Assembly (NCBI GenBank): GCA_030704615.1
Contig: CM060731.1
Coordinates: 15,686,001 to 15,750,000, forward strand
DNA: 64,000 nucleotides
Reading direction: 5' to 3'
Source of the DNA: Takakia lepidozioides
Taxonomy: Eukaryota > Plantae > Bryophyta
A model generated the notes under the pieces. The model ran no database searches. It saw only the letters and a list, made by a program, of their open reading frames with translations, and was not told where the DNA came from. Below are positions 1-13,470 of this stretch, piece after piece. The position numbers and the translations under genes are program-made. Each line of letters starts with the position of its first letter. Position 1 is the stretch's first letter.

Positions 1-474
1 GGACACTTTTGTGACACCAGTCACTGAATTGAACCCACTACCGGCGCTTCTTTTTTAGGCGAAATGGAGCCTAAAAGCGATAAAAAAACAAAGGGCTACC
101 ACAGCCCTATGTAAAATCCTAGGAAAAAAAACAAAAAATGCGCCCAAAAAAAGGGGTGTGCGCAAGGGCTGGTGCTAGAAAGCTCCAGGGGAACATGCAA
201 ATTGCGCCAGAAATACACGTTCCTCACAACCCTACATCTAGTGGCTGTCGTCCCATCGCGCGATCAACGGTAGAGATCTCGCCATGTAGCACGACCTGGA
301 CCGTTGGATCGCCAGGGTTTTGGCCGCCTCCAGGCCAGGCCGTCGCCACTGCGCACAGCCCTACGGAGCTTCACCATCGCCATCTCTCCTCGCAGCTTGC
401 TTTCAAAATTTTGCCTAAGATCTTTATACTGTAGTTTTTTTTAGTGCCATATTACTCTTTCGCATCGGGCTCTG

Positions 475-1050
475 GTACCTTGCTATTTGAAATTGAGGTC
501 GTGATGTTTGCTGGCCCATTGTAGGACTTCTTTGATTAATTAGTTTCAGATTTCAGAGTGTGGGTGGGCTGTCCTGCCTCACTTGGTATCAATTTGTTCC
601 ACCATCCTCAACAGTGCCACCTTGCTACTTGCTATGGTTTTTGCTGGCCATCTTTGGACTTCTTTGATTAATTATTTTAGATTTGAGATTGTGAGTGGGC
701 TGCCATGCCTACATGGGTACGAGTTTGCTCCTTCAAATTGCACTATGGTGTCACTTTGTTATTTGATATTGAGGCGATGCTTACTGCCCATTAACACTTG
801 ACCAATTTTTCATACTTCAAATTTTAAATAGAGTTGATTAATTATTTTAGATTTCATATTGTGAGTGGGCTGCCATGCCTACCATTGGTACGAGTTTGCT
901 CCTTCAAATTAGACTATGGTGTCACTTTGTTATTTGATATTGAGGCCATGATGTTTGCTGGCCCAGTTTAAGACTTGATCAGTAAATTTCAGATTTCAGA
1001 TTTTAAATAGACTGGTATGCATTAGGCAATGGTGACACTTTGCTACTTGA
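475..1050. repeat. Degenerate tandem repeat, about 3-4 units of roughly 135-170 bp
   Basis: The motif TTGATTAATTATTTTAGATTT..ATTGTGAGTGGGCTGCCATGCCT..CACTTTGTTATTTGATATTGAGGC recurs near 531, 664 and 834. Confidence 0.7.
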
Positions 1051-1377
1051 GATTAGGCTCTAGTGCCAGCAAATGCACTTCGACTATGGCATTGTAGCCA
1101 CATTGCAACAATATGTGGCCCCTTGTAGCCACTTCTTTATGCCTCAATTTTTATTTGTATTGCCTATCCAATGCATACACAAAATACTCAAATTGCTATA
1201 TTGCATGCAAATTAAATAGCTCGTAGCCAGTTGATTTTTAGCTAAGCATCTATGTCATCGCCACCTTTGCACTTAGCCTTCAAATTTTGTAGTCATTTAT
1301 ACTTCTAAGCCAAAATGACAAAAAAAAGCCATGCCCACGACCACTTCCGAGGTGGTATGTATTAGATTAAAGTCTGG

Positions 1378-1922
1378 CAACGAGGGCTTTACGCAATTCA
1401 AGACTCCATAGCCCCGAGCGCGGTAGCCCCCAGAGGCGTCGGAATCTTGATTCGTGTAAGCCTGAGTTATAGGACTTTAAATCACATAAAAACTGCATTG
1501 TAGACCAAGTGAAAAGAAAACTACCTGCCTATATGCCTCAGATTACGGGCCCAGCCTATGGGCTCCACGGCGTAGCAGAACAAGCGAGATTTTATGCTAT
1601 TTAAAGCCCACCAAAACTACACTAGCTAGGTTTTTACATATTAGGCGGAGTCTTGCGACGAGGGCTTTATGCGATTCAAGATTCCATAGCCCCGAGGCGG
1701 TAGCCAGAGGGCATGGGAATCTCGATTCTCGTATAGCCCAAGTTACAGGACTTTAATTGATGTAAAAATTGCATTGTGGACAGTGTGAAAAGAAAACTAC
1801 CTGTCTATATGCCCCTAACCTCAGATTAGGGACAGCCCATGGGCTCCACGGCATAACAGGACAAGCAGGATTTTATGCTATTTAAAGCCCACCAAAACTC
1901 CACTAGCTAGGTTTTTATGTAT
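1378..1922. repeat. Two-copy tandem duplication (about 275 bp), each copy starting with a hairpin
   Basis: 1378-1641 and 1655-1922 share CGAGGGCTTTA..GGTAGCC..GGAATCT..GAAAAGAAAACTACCTG..TTTAAAGCCCACCAAAACT..CTAGCTAGGTTTTTA. Confidence 0.85.
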
Positions 1923-2035
1923 AGTGTAATGCCCTGAGTGGAGGTCATTCCCGGATTTGAGGGCACTGGCAGAGGGCGGTAGCCCGAGGGAAGGCCCGAA
2001 AATCCGAGAATGCCCTCCACTCATGGCATTACACT
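1923..2035. repeat. Long imperfect hairpin with GGCGGTAGCCCGAGG loop motif
   Basis: AGTGTAATGCCCTGAGTGGAGG..ATTCCCGGATTT pairs with AAATCCGAGAAT..CCTCCACTCATGGCATTACACT. Confidence 0.85.
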
Positions 2036-2658
2036 GCATAAAGCACGTGCAACAAAAAGGTACAAAAAGGTAGGGCGGGCATTACACCCTAGTGACATCA
2101 CCACCCTCGCTGCCTAGTGCATTACAGGGGAGTGTAATGCCCCCCCCCCCCGCCAAGCGATGAATTCTGGTTTTTGACTGCACGATAAATACAAAGAGAA
2201 AAAATGCAAAGTGCTTTATGTGACCGTAAAGCCCTGACCTAGTTTTCCCTTTGTATTTGTAGGGCACCTCAAATAGGGCACCTCCCTAGGCAGAAAACCC
2301 GCATTTCAGGGCGAAACCCCTTGGCCCAGCATTCCTGGGATTTGAAGCTGCCACCCTAGCCAGGGCATTCACTCTGAGCCCGAGGCTGGTCAGCCCCAAA
2401 AACAGAGCGAATGCCCCAGGGCTATTTCCTTACCCCCCCCTCCCCGACCAGCACCCACAGACCGCACCACTAAAAATACCCAATCAAGTCTTTAAGTAGG
2501 GCAATTAATACGGGATAATAGCAATATCAATCAGCAAGTCAATCAGCCATCAAGATTGGCCGTCCAATTGGAAAGAAACGCTGAAAGAAAAAAATCGTGG
2601 TCACGGGCTTTATGCAGCGAGACCCCGGGAGTCCCCACCCTTGGTATTCGGGTCGTAC

Positions 2659-4304
2659 TAGGGAATAGCAAAAAGGCCGTGTCGCGGGACGCCACAAAAA
2701 TGATAGTTTTGGGCTGGCCTGGGGCGCTGCCCGGGGTCTAGGCCATGGACCAAGCGAGGTCTGGGCCTGGATGTCCTGCAACCCCAGTCCTTACAGGGAA
2801 CTCATTGGGAACAAATTTCGGCCGCTGCCCGTCCTTTCCTATTGTCCTGGGGTTGCAGTGGCCCGGGCTTAGAAAGCCCGAGAAAGATTCTCTAGCCCTG
2901 GGTACATATTCCCTGGACCCAGGGAAATATTCTTTATGAAGACACCCGAGGAATATTCCAAACGAATATTCCTTGACTGCCTGGGACTTCACACTTTATC
3001 AGATCCTTTGCATATCCTCGACACTCTTCCATAATCTGTGGCCATAGTGCTGGGGATTGCTTCGGACAATTGCAGGGCCAGTCTGAACAATGTCATGAAT
3101 GTGAATTCCATGGATGATAACGTTCGAAAAGAATAGAATAGTTAAGCCTGCGCCCAAAGCAATGTGGACTTCGGCACCCCGGCCATCGATCGTTTTGTAG
3201 CTATTCATAATGAGTTCATGTTGGAGTTGGATATTCATGTTGCGCTCAAAAACAATCCAGAGAGGCTCATCTTCAAGGACACCATACCGCAATGTGCTCG
3301 GGGCAGGGTGGATGACATCGTCATGAGTGACCGTGTAAATTTTGATATTTTTTCCACCAGTAGCATCCTTACCGAATCCAATTGCGCAGTCAGCCAGGGA
3401 CACCCTGTTTTGTGCCCAGTTCGAATCACACATCCAACAATCGTCCACAGGGTTCCAGTTCCACATCCTCCTCCCAAAGCCCTCCGTGTGGAGTTCCGCC
3501 TTGCCTCAAAGGTGCACATAGGACATACCATGTGCACTATTCAAGATATGAATTTGATTTCTGTGATTTTCCACGTGGATCGACCATTATACAACAAACC
3601 GTGTCCAACTATTCTTGTGAAGAGCCAACATTAGAGAGTCAGCCTTGAAACTCTAAAGTTTCTCCATGCTAGTCTTTTGATATCATTAACAAATCTACTT
3701 GTTCTAGAGTTGATTGGCAATATTCATTATTCAATTTTCATTCGGCCACAGCCGACCATGCTTGGTTAATATTGATTGGTTTGTTCGACAGTGCGACATT
3801 GTGCACTGCTAACTAACTGCGAAAGGAGAGAGAGAAGACAACAACCTCACAATCAACACTAGAACATTAAAACAAAGACTCCTCTGCGATAAGCTTTTGC
3901 TGTGGGCTTTTGCTTTGGTACACGGGCATGGGTAGTGTGGCATAAGGTTGCGAGGAGCAGGCTAAAGGTGGGACTGACTTTATATTTGCACAACCTTGTG
4001 GCTATAAACCTTGTGGTTATAAAAAATATTTCCCTGTGTCCAGGGAATATGTACCCAGGGCTAGAGAATCTTTCCCGGGCTTTCTAAGCCCGGGCCACTG
4101 CAACCCCAGGACAATAGGAAAGGACGGGCAGCGGCCGAAATTTGTTCCCAATGAGTTCCCTGTATGGACTGGGGTTGCAGGACATCCAGTCCCAGGCCCA
4201 GACCTAGCTTGGCCCATGGCCTAGACCCTCGGGCAGCGCCCCAGGCCAGCCCAAAACTATCATTTTTATGGCGTCCCGCGACACGGCCTTTTTGCTATTC
4301 CCTA
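2659..4304. mobile_element. Non-autonomous long-TIR DNA transposon carrying a host gene fragment (Pack-MULE-like)
   Basis: About 280-bp inverted repeats, 2659-2938 and about 4018-4304 (TAGGGAATAGCAAAAAGGCCGTGTCGCGGGACGCC...). Flanked by a near-direct 7-bp repeat GTCGTAC (2652-2658) / GTTGTAC (4305-4311). No transposase inside. Confidence 0.85.
3035..3505 (-). pseudogene. Pectate lyase (PL1, Amb a 1-like) exon fragment, frameshifted
   Basis: [16 protein letters not shown] / [66 protein letters not shown]. There is a 1-nt deletion near 3452 between CGTG and NPVDD, and the later catalytic exons are absent. Confidence 0.93.
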
Positions 4305-5162
4305 GTTGTACGCCCTCGGGTTACGCTGCGGAACACCCTCGTGCTCTGACTCTCCCTATACATTAACGCTGGGTTATTGGTTGTTTACAGCTTCGAACTT
4401 GTAGTGCGAGGGCATCTCCATATAAACACATCCATATACATGTACAATTCATCCAACATTGTGGATGCAATTCATCTATACTTGTCAGCACCTAATTAGA
4501 TACAAAAAGTACGCGGCATTTTCCACGTTTCGGAGTGATATTGGGCTACATCTCAATCAGCGCCGGCACGTCTCGCGAGGTTCCGTCGATCACTGTGAGT
4601 GTGGATGCATACACGAAAGAGAGAGAGGGGGGGGGAGATGCGGTCGTGCACATCGTGTGTGCTTGTGGATGGGGACTGTTCTGTTGTCGCATCACTCTAA
4701 CTTGACTGCTTCACGAGTACGGGGTTGCGATGTCGTGTGGCAATGTATAGCATGTCAGTGAGTGAGTAGTGGATTGCTTAAGTCATGGTGTCCGCAGTCT
4801 TAGTGAAAGTGAGAAGAGCCGAGAGAGACCTTTCTTTCTTTCGCTGACATGATAGACCACACCAAGTTTGAACTGGTTTGGATTCGACTGGTAATTTCAC
4901 ACACTGAATAGAAGCTCATGTAGACAAAGTATATGTAGGTTCAGAAGAGATTTCGAAGGGTTTATTTATAGTTTGGCTTCCTGCATGCCATGGCACACTT
5001 GAAATTCACTAGTAGACGTATGTGGTAATTACCCTAGCATTTACGATGATATTAACTTAGGGCCTCGGATCATGTTGTCCTTTACTAATTATTCAAGAGT
5101 GGAGGATCTTATTTAGGCGTTCCTAATCTTGGTTCTAGTGGCTTGGGTGGGGGGAGGTCGAG

Positions 5163-8024
5163 ATGGAAAAGGGGAGCGCCTCCACACCGAGTACATCAAA
5201 GATATCTGTTTGGTGGGACATAGAGAATTGTCCTGTGCCTACAGAGGTTGACCCCAATGTCATAGCCCACAACGTAAGCTTATCGCTGGCTGAGACCAAT
5301 TTGAAAGGGCCTGTCTCGAATTCTGCATATGGTGACATACAGTCGCTGCCAAAAGTCATTCAAACAACACTGTCAAGCACAAGCATCGACTTGCACCACG
5401 TCCCGACCGGTTTGTCTTTCGACTGTGTCCTCTTACATGTGTTGCCAAACATGGAACATAATTTGCTTATTGATCAGAGATGACTAAAGTTGTAATCAAT
5501 TAGTCAAATGAACGTCCTATAGGGGTATCCTTATGGATTCATGAACCTTAAATTCCGTATTCCTGCTCTGGTAATAAGAAAATAAAATGGTCCAAAACCA
5601 GCAAGAGGTAAAGTATACTTGACAAGTGTCTCCTTTACTTAGCTTGAGGTCGGACTCCTGTGATAGTTCAGATTAATGAACCAGTGTCTGCTTCACTCCT
5701 GAGGATGTGACCCCATAACCTCCAATGTGGTTTTGCCTGGTTTTCTATGACACCTACTGAGTGGTCCGGTACCCTAGAACGATTGGGCTGTCTGTTGGAA
5801 TTATCAGTCAACATAAGGACAACACCCACAATACAGGGCATTCCACGAGTGATCCACCTGGTCGAGATGAGTCCAGGAATTGGCAGTACTTGCATCAGAC
5901 CACCTGGCCAAGGATAGGGGCTTGGAAGGTTGGCAGGATGTTGCGGCTTGTAACTTGTCCAAACAATGTTGTAGGTGGAACTTCGTATTTTGAATCACCA
6001 ATTGTGTGATCCTTATACAGGACGGACTGTGGGTGGTGCCCAGGAAAGGAGGCAGGTGGTAAGACTATGTTGGTGGACATGATATTTTGGGCACTTGACA
6101 AACCCCCTCCAGCATGTTTTCTGCTCATATCAGGGGACCTGGACTTTGCAAATGCACTGCATCGGCTGCGAATGAGAACCTACAATATTCTTCTAGCACT
6201 ACCTTCTCGTAATGTGGACGTACCACCATACCTGCTTGGTATAGCATCAAGTGTGTGGTTTTGGGGTAGCCTAGCCAGTGGCAAAGTCCTCAATGCTAAG
6301 TTGTCAGCTCCATCAGATCCAAATAGTAGGGTCTCGACACCTGAAGACTCTGGTAGTACAGTCGAGTATGGGAGTTATCATTTGTAGCCTATGTACACAA
6401 CTTGCAATGTAACAGGTCCTACACCCAAAGTTTGGAAGAAGAAGGCTCCCAAACCTACAGATGCAATCACAGGAAATCATTTGTCAGTAGATCAGCCAAG
6501 CTCTGAAGGCTTGCCCTTGAGCAACCTAAAGGCAACTGAAGCAAGGAAAATAGTAGCAAGCTTGCCAGTTTCTCACAAGCAACAGGTGGGGGACCAGCCC
6601 AAGAGTACACCTGAAATAGCATGAAGACTGCAACATGGTGTGCAGAGTCTAGTAAGCTTGTTCATTTGAAAGGGTCACAGAAGAATGTGAAGGAGGTCTC
6701 AGAAGATGTTGCAGTGTTTGAGCCGGTGTTTGGAGGTCCCGTTCAGCCCATTGGACATGATGAACAAGCTTAGGGCCTTGCTTCTTTATGTCATAGAAAA
6801 AGTGCCCGGTGGGTACGACATAACACTTGTGCCGAAAGACTTCTGGCAGGCATGTGGAGCTCGTCTAGACCATAAATACCTTGGCTTCAACAATCTCCCT
6901 GACCTCATCAAACACTTCTGACACTGTACGGCTGAAGTACTCCCGGAACAGGGGTGTGATCTATCCAGCCGGGAAAAAAAGACGAGTCTCCTCCTCCTTT
7001 GATGTGTGGAGACAATCTGTTGTTGGCCAAGGCATTTGCAGGGAAATTGATGTTAGATTACAGACTACTGTTATACATTGAGCTAACTTGCCCCGATTAT
7101 AAGGATGGTTACCAACAAGCATGGCTGAAAGGGATGTTCTCTAGTCGATTCCAGTATACCTTGGACTACAAAATGGCAGGGTTTGCAAGCCTCGGGAAAA
7201 TGGTGGCGGCCATGTCACATCTTGTCAGGGCTGAAGTGGCGTCCGGCGGTCATATTCTGCTAACTTACATGCTCATCTATTACCTTTGAGGAGTTTGGGT
7301 GAAGCTCTTCCTGAGGCCAGACCTGCCATCAGGACTTCAGATGGTCTTCCATCACTTGATCCAGTAGGCAGACAATCAGTTGCTGATGGGGTGCGCCTCC
7401 ACTATGCAGTTGGCTGTCCAAGGGAACCAGATCCGATTGCTCACAATGCTTTAGCAAGTAATTCACCACGGAAGAGAACTAAGAAGTCTGCCTTTTCTTG
7501 GAAAACCTTGGCAGCAAACTCCAAGTCAGATGAATACTCTGAAACTGTTGAAGAGGGGCCACCATCAGAAAGCTACTTAAAAACCAATACCGAAGGTGTT
7601 GTGGAAGACAATTTCAAAATCTCTCCAGTAGGGGATTCGAATAATGATTTACAAGCTCAGATCGGTGGCATTGCTATTCAGGAAGCAGGTTCATGTGAGA
7701 ATATGCGAGCCTGCAGGGTCCCTAGTAATGCTCGAGCATCAGATTTGGATAGTGACTTTCCAAACCAGGACCCTCAGCAGTGTTCCTGAAGCAGTATCAC
7801 AGATTCTTGGTACTCTGGAAGCTATTTCAGATACTGGCTCAGATTCTGGGATTCCTGTTAAGCAGAGAAAGGATTTTAAGAGTGATGTGGAAGCTGTGGT
7901 CCTTGGTGTTGGTCTCCAAGCAGATTCAAAAGCCTACTTGCAAAGTAGGGCTCTTGGAGGTATCATTATCGTCAGCATCTGTACAGTGGCATTATGGAGG
8001 AAATTCAGGAGGCAAACTGGGTAA
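5163..8024 (+). pseudogene. NYN-domain (MARF1/limkain-type) endoribonuclease with two LOTUS/OST-HTH domains and a C-terminal hydrophobic tail; disrupted
   Basis: Exon 1 (5163 to about 5408) reads VWWDIENCPVP..SAYGD..LHHVPTG. After the intron, the exon from about 6021 reads MLVDMIFWALDKPPPACFLLISGDLDFANALHRLRMRTYNILLA. LOTUS-like segments: KDFWQACGARLDHKYLGFNNLPDLIK (about 6760-6920) and FSSRFQYTLDYKMAGFASLGKMV (about 7050-7260). Stops at 6387 and 6624 plus frameshifts. Confidence 0.85.
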
Positions 8025-10918
8025 CTCATTGGGTGATGACACTATGCAAAGAAAGTTGGGGAGCTTTCCGAACTGCAAAGGCTTCTATTTTCGAGAAACC
8101 AAAACCAGTTTGGGTTAATTTGTGTTGATGTTCAGGGGTCACTGGCATTTTGGAAGGGAACACAATGGAACTTATTCAATGCAGACGCCAAATCCATTCC
8201 CCCAATTCTTCGTCCCTTAGGCCTCCCATGGACATGATTAACTTCCATCCATTTTCTTTCTCTAGAGCTCACTCTATCTACTGCACAATTCTCAATACAG
8301 AAGCTTTCATTTTTTGTGCTTCCACTTTTTGTGCTTCCCTCATTGATTGAAGACTCTTCGTGAGGCCCCTGCCTCTGATGTGCCTAGATTCCACAGAATT
8401 ATACCTTTCCTTGATGTTTGATCTTGTATGATACCTTGCTTGGTGAAGGATGAAGGTTTACAGAATGAGTGTCAGACATTCACAAGGGAACAGAATGTTT
8501 GTGACTTGTTGGTCTGCAAACATACCACCTCTAACAGATATTTTAAACATAAAATGTAGTATATGTTGACTGCTCCTCAGAGTCATTCACTATTTCCTTG
8601 GGAATCTACCATCCAGTCATGTATGGACAAGTAGAAATAAGGCCCCTTATTAACCAGCTTCAACTTGACCAATTTCTGCTCAAATTGCCTTGGGCAACTT
8701 CACATTCAATGAAGACCTGTAGACCAGAAGCCTGGGGAGTCATAAAAAGAAGAATTCAGACATAACTAGCACATATCTCTTAACATCTAGTCTCCAAGAG
8801 GAAAGCCCATGTTTGATGCATCTCAGCCTGTCTAATCTAGTAGAAACTAGTCTGTCAACACACATGAAAGTCAAATCAACTCGAGTGCACCAAATCCAAG
8901 ATGTGACATCATTAATGCACACATACAGTGTATTGCACAGCAAGAACCCCTTCACTGGTTTGAATGTAGCCATCAGAATAGGGACCACTCAAACAGGAGC
9001 CAAGCTTGGATTTCAAGCCTAAACACATGTAGAATAGTGGTATCTGCGCAATAATTTTTCCTTGTGATATTCGGACCTCAGTTCCTTCTGAAGATGAACC
9101 ATGGAGCATGCATCAGAGTCATGGAAGTTGCAACATATAGAGCCTTCTCCTATGGAATGGACACCGTTCTCTGTGATCATTGAATGCCCTCGAAACCGAA
9201 CTGTCACTATTGTCCTAGCCAAGCGCAAACTAAATTGAAGACAGATTGAAGGTTAACATCTTGTGATGTGATTGCTCAATTCGTCAAAGATGACAATACA
9301 AATATAAAATCCCTGCACGAGATGGATTCAAGGCATGCATCAGAGTCATGGAAGTTGGAACACATAGAACCTTCTCTTGTGAGATGGGTACGGTTATCAG
9401 AAATGTGAGTCATCACTGCATGCCTGAACTCCTAAGGTTCTTCCAAGGTTAGGATTGAGTTGTGGGGGCCGCGCGGACGCGAGCCCCCTCTGCCACATAT
9501 TACGACGTGCATACCCTCCGTAGAGAGACACTAGCATCACCCCCACCGATGTGCAATGAAGCGAGCTTTGCTAGATCAACGACCTTGCTGATCACCGATA
9601 GACCCCGCCCAGGTAAGTATACCAGTAATTGCACCGAGCGGCTTTATATGTGCGGCTACATACCCACTTCGTGCCAAACGATATGGGATAATTTGGTAGA
9701 AAAATAATACCCAAGTTGGACCCTTGGGCTTGGTATAATTGGGGTACTTCCTTCGAAGAGGTTATAAAGTACCATTTCATTTCCATTACCGCGAGAGGCG
9801 TTCCACTCCCTTGATCAAACGAAACGTCATTTCGGGCTGCTTGTGCAGGGTCCCGCTGCCTTTGTTGTTGGCTTCCTTTGTAGCTCTTTGATCTGAGATC
9901 TCTCATCTTTTTTTCCCTCTTTCATGTTCTACTTTCCTCTGTCCCCAAGCTGTTTGAGCTACCAATGCAGGTCAACAAATGCTTTCTTTGTCGTTCTATC
10001 TTCTGCTCTCACAGAAATGGTTAGCCACAATGTAGGCGTGTAGTCGTTTCTGCATTTGGGCTGTGTAGCCATTCAGAACTAATCTACTGTAAGTACAATA
10101 AGTGGAAGCCTTATGACTTCGAAATCACTTGGGCTGAGTTTATGGAGCCTCACTAACCAAAATGAAGAGACAGACCATCAGAAGCCTTCAGAAGGCGCAT
10201 ACAACGACTTCCACAATTTAACACTACTGATGGAGAACTGCCCCTGCAAGGGCAAAGTTTGTTGGACAAACGATGAACCATGACAAAATTTTACACATTA
10301 AGATCCAAGTGGTAAGGATCTATGATAACTAGGTCAAGGAGGTGTCAGATTTAAGACTCAACATTCTTTTGATCTGTCAACTGCAAAACTATCTGAACCA
10401 CCAACATGTATAACTGCAGAACAGAGCTTATGATAGAATGTACTCAAAAGACGTTGTTTGCCATAGCCTTATGGCCGTTGAACAGAGCTTCTGATAGAAT
10501 AAGAAACACAATTCATTCTCTCAGTTTCAAAAAGACGTGATCAGAAAGTATGGTTGAGCCTAACATCTTGATGCTTTGAAGGAATTAAGTGATGTTTGTA
10601 AAAATAGAAGACTTCCACATACCATGGCATCTCTCAGCAACCGCCACAAGTGGTACGAGTATTAGCTGTATGGGAAATTAGGGATCAGTTGAGACATATC
10701 AGGCAGTGCAGGTACAAGTGCAGGTGATTGTTCTAGGCAGAGAAGTAATGGAATCTTTTGGGGTGAGGGTATAGTTGAATCCACTACATGTACCATCAGG
10801 GCCACTAAGGCCACTAGTACTTGTGCTAGCTATTGACATTATGTCGACTCTTTATCTAAATTTCTATTTATTCTTAGTCGACTCTCATGTGTCTCAATGT
10901 GACAACCTTGTCATCCTA

Positions 10919-11214
10919 GCTTTGATACCATGTAGCAAATTGTACACATTGAGAACCTAGATCCTTTATAACAACAATTACATATTTTATTAATCATATA
11001 GAAAGTCTCTCATATTGTTTATATATATATATATATCTCTCTGTCTCTGTGTGTTCTTTTGTGAGAAACACAACTCTCTTTTATAGTTACACAACTGAGT
11101 AGGTAGTCCAGTGGTTACATAACCGATTTATGTGACTTGTCGAATCGCACATGAAGAGTTGTGTCTGTTTATAGAATGTTGAAGCTGCAATTCTGTAACG
11201 GCAACTTTCCAACA
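10919..11214 (-). mobile_element. Truncated LTR retrotransposon: 5' LTR (10931-11214) plus Met-tRNA PBS
   Basis: On the minus strand it runs TGTTGGAAAG...GCTACA and is followed directly by TGGTATCAAAGC (PBS, 10919-10930). No recognisable gag-pol or partner LTR. Confidence 0.65.
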
Positions 11215-12899
11215 TTTTTTGCCCAAAATTACATTTGCAACGGAGTTTGTTGTCTTCCATTACGACGCCATATGAGTCTACACCAATTTTATAAAGGATT
11301 CAAGGTGAATATGTACCTCCAATCTTATGTACACTAAATAACATTGTAATCCATACAAGCCTTCTCATATAGATTGTGATTTGTGATGCAAGTCCTCTGG
11401 TTGAGTTGAGGTTATAGAGCCTTTCTGTTCCTTCCAATCATTTAATGCCGAAATTGCCCCGAGAAGTGCAATACCTTCATTCTCTTTCTCTTTCTCTTTC
11501 TCTTCCTCTTTTTCACTTCTTCTTTTCCTGTCTCTTTACTATGAGATCCGTGGGAGACTCAACTGTCCTCACATAAGTGTTCCAGTATGAGGATCAGAAA
11601 TTTCAATGAGAGCATTCAATGTTGTCTACTCTCAAGCCTCTGTTCTGGGTTATTGCAGCCTACAATGTCCATTTTTTGCTGTCACAACATTATTTTTTCC
11701 AAACATAGAATAGTGGTAAATTGTTATATTCATACATGACAATGCTATCAATAAAAATATAGAGGCTCATCTACATATACTTTCAAACTTTTAAATCTCA
11801 TTATCAAAAACCAGAATCTCTAGATGCTATGGACTTCTTAAAAGTCCATAAGGAACTGTCACAGTCCATAAAAAAAGACGTTGTGGACTTTTTTAATATA
11901 GGAACTCTCAAACTTGCTTTGAAGAGTGAGGAATCTGGAATGAAAACTATCATTCAAAAATATGTAGTTAAGAAAATATTATGTACTATTTTGAGCCTAA
12001 AAAATAGCTATTTTCATGAAGTCTTTTATGAATAAATATTTTTGAAATAACAAATCCTTTTTCATTAGACACATTCATTCACCATAAATGCACTGTTGAG
12101 TAAGATCAAATTTAAAAAAAACATTTGTGAATTGAAACTATTGTAATTTTAAAATCTTGGTTTTAACCGTCATGGACGGTCAAGATTGTCAGTTGAAGTA
12201 AATCCGATGGTTGAGGATTCGCCACATCCTCATTTATGTACTCTTTATTACTCATGATCTGCCACTTTTGGCCACTCTAGCTTGCAATCACCCCTACACA
12301 ACAAAAATCGATAACAACCCAGCTCAAGAAAATCCGTCAGAAGAGATCTCAGAACTGCAACATCCGAGCGAGCATGTGTGAGATTTGGTGCGAAGAATTG
12401 GAAAATTTGGGTGAGCCTATGTTTTAATGTAGAGCAAGATAGGGTGCCATAGTGCCACGTCATCCTTATCAATTTTTGGCGGACAGAAGTGGAAAAAAAA
12501 AAATCTCTTTGTGTAGCCTATGGGTCAGTACTTCACCTTGAAAGGCTACTGCTTCATTCCGACGATGCTTGAATCAAGCAAAAGCTTCATAAACAACATT
12601 CATAATTTAAAATTGCTTGATGACTGCAAACCAAACCAAACACAATTTATCTTTTCATTTAAATTGAATATACCACATCAACAAAGTAACAATCCATCGC
12701 ATGCTGTATTTTTTTGAACGTTGTTATCCAAAGTTGTCACTAGTAGTGCGGAGCAATGCGTAGCCCTAGTCACTTAGGACAAACTTTTAGTATGTATTGA
12801 CAATCAAGTTGTAGCCAAGTGGTAATGGGCACATATCACCTCAAAAAGTGGGAAGGAGTCCTACATGTTGCCCAAGTCGAGAGTGGCGAGTAGTCAAGG

Positions 12900-13090
12900 C
12901 TTGTCCACAAGTGACCGAGGATGAAAGGAGGAATGTTCTGAAGAATGCAAGGCCAGGAATGTGAGGATCAGCGACCACCCACAACCGCAGAGACCAAAGG
13001 GGGAGGCAAGAAGGATCCATTGAATCGTATAGATGCTAGTGAACAAAGGCTTGAATGTTCCTAGTGCGCCCAACAAGAAGGGCGAATGCA
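12900..13090 (+). mobile_element. Possible MuDR/MULE transposase C-terminal remnant
   Basis: Degenerate PP..RPKG..KK....EQRLECS.C.Q.G segment resembling the MuDR C-terminal zinc knuckle, within AT-rich TE-like sequence. Confidence 0.3.
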
Positions 13091-13470
13091 ATAATGACTG
13101 GACCAAAAATGGCAAATGTTGCATTCTATGGAACTCCATGACCAAATCTAAAGTTGATGATATTTCCCCAAATAATTCAAATGATGATAGACAATGGTAT
13201 ATTCAACATTTGTAATAAAGGGTCTTACCCCAAATATCAAAGATAATTTTTACTATAAATTTTAGTCTTTAATTTGAATAAGATTTGATATATCAAAATT
13301 AAAATTTACATTGATTTGATATACAACCAAGCCATTGTAGATTATTTTTTGTATTCTTTATAGTAAAATATGACACCTCAAAATCAAAATCAGGGTACAC
13401 CATGGACTTGGCGAATAATTTTTTTGGGACATATATTAGTCCATAGGAGCCAAATGGAGAGGGATTTTAC

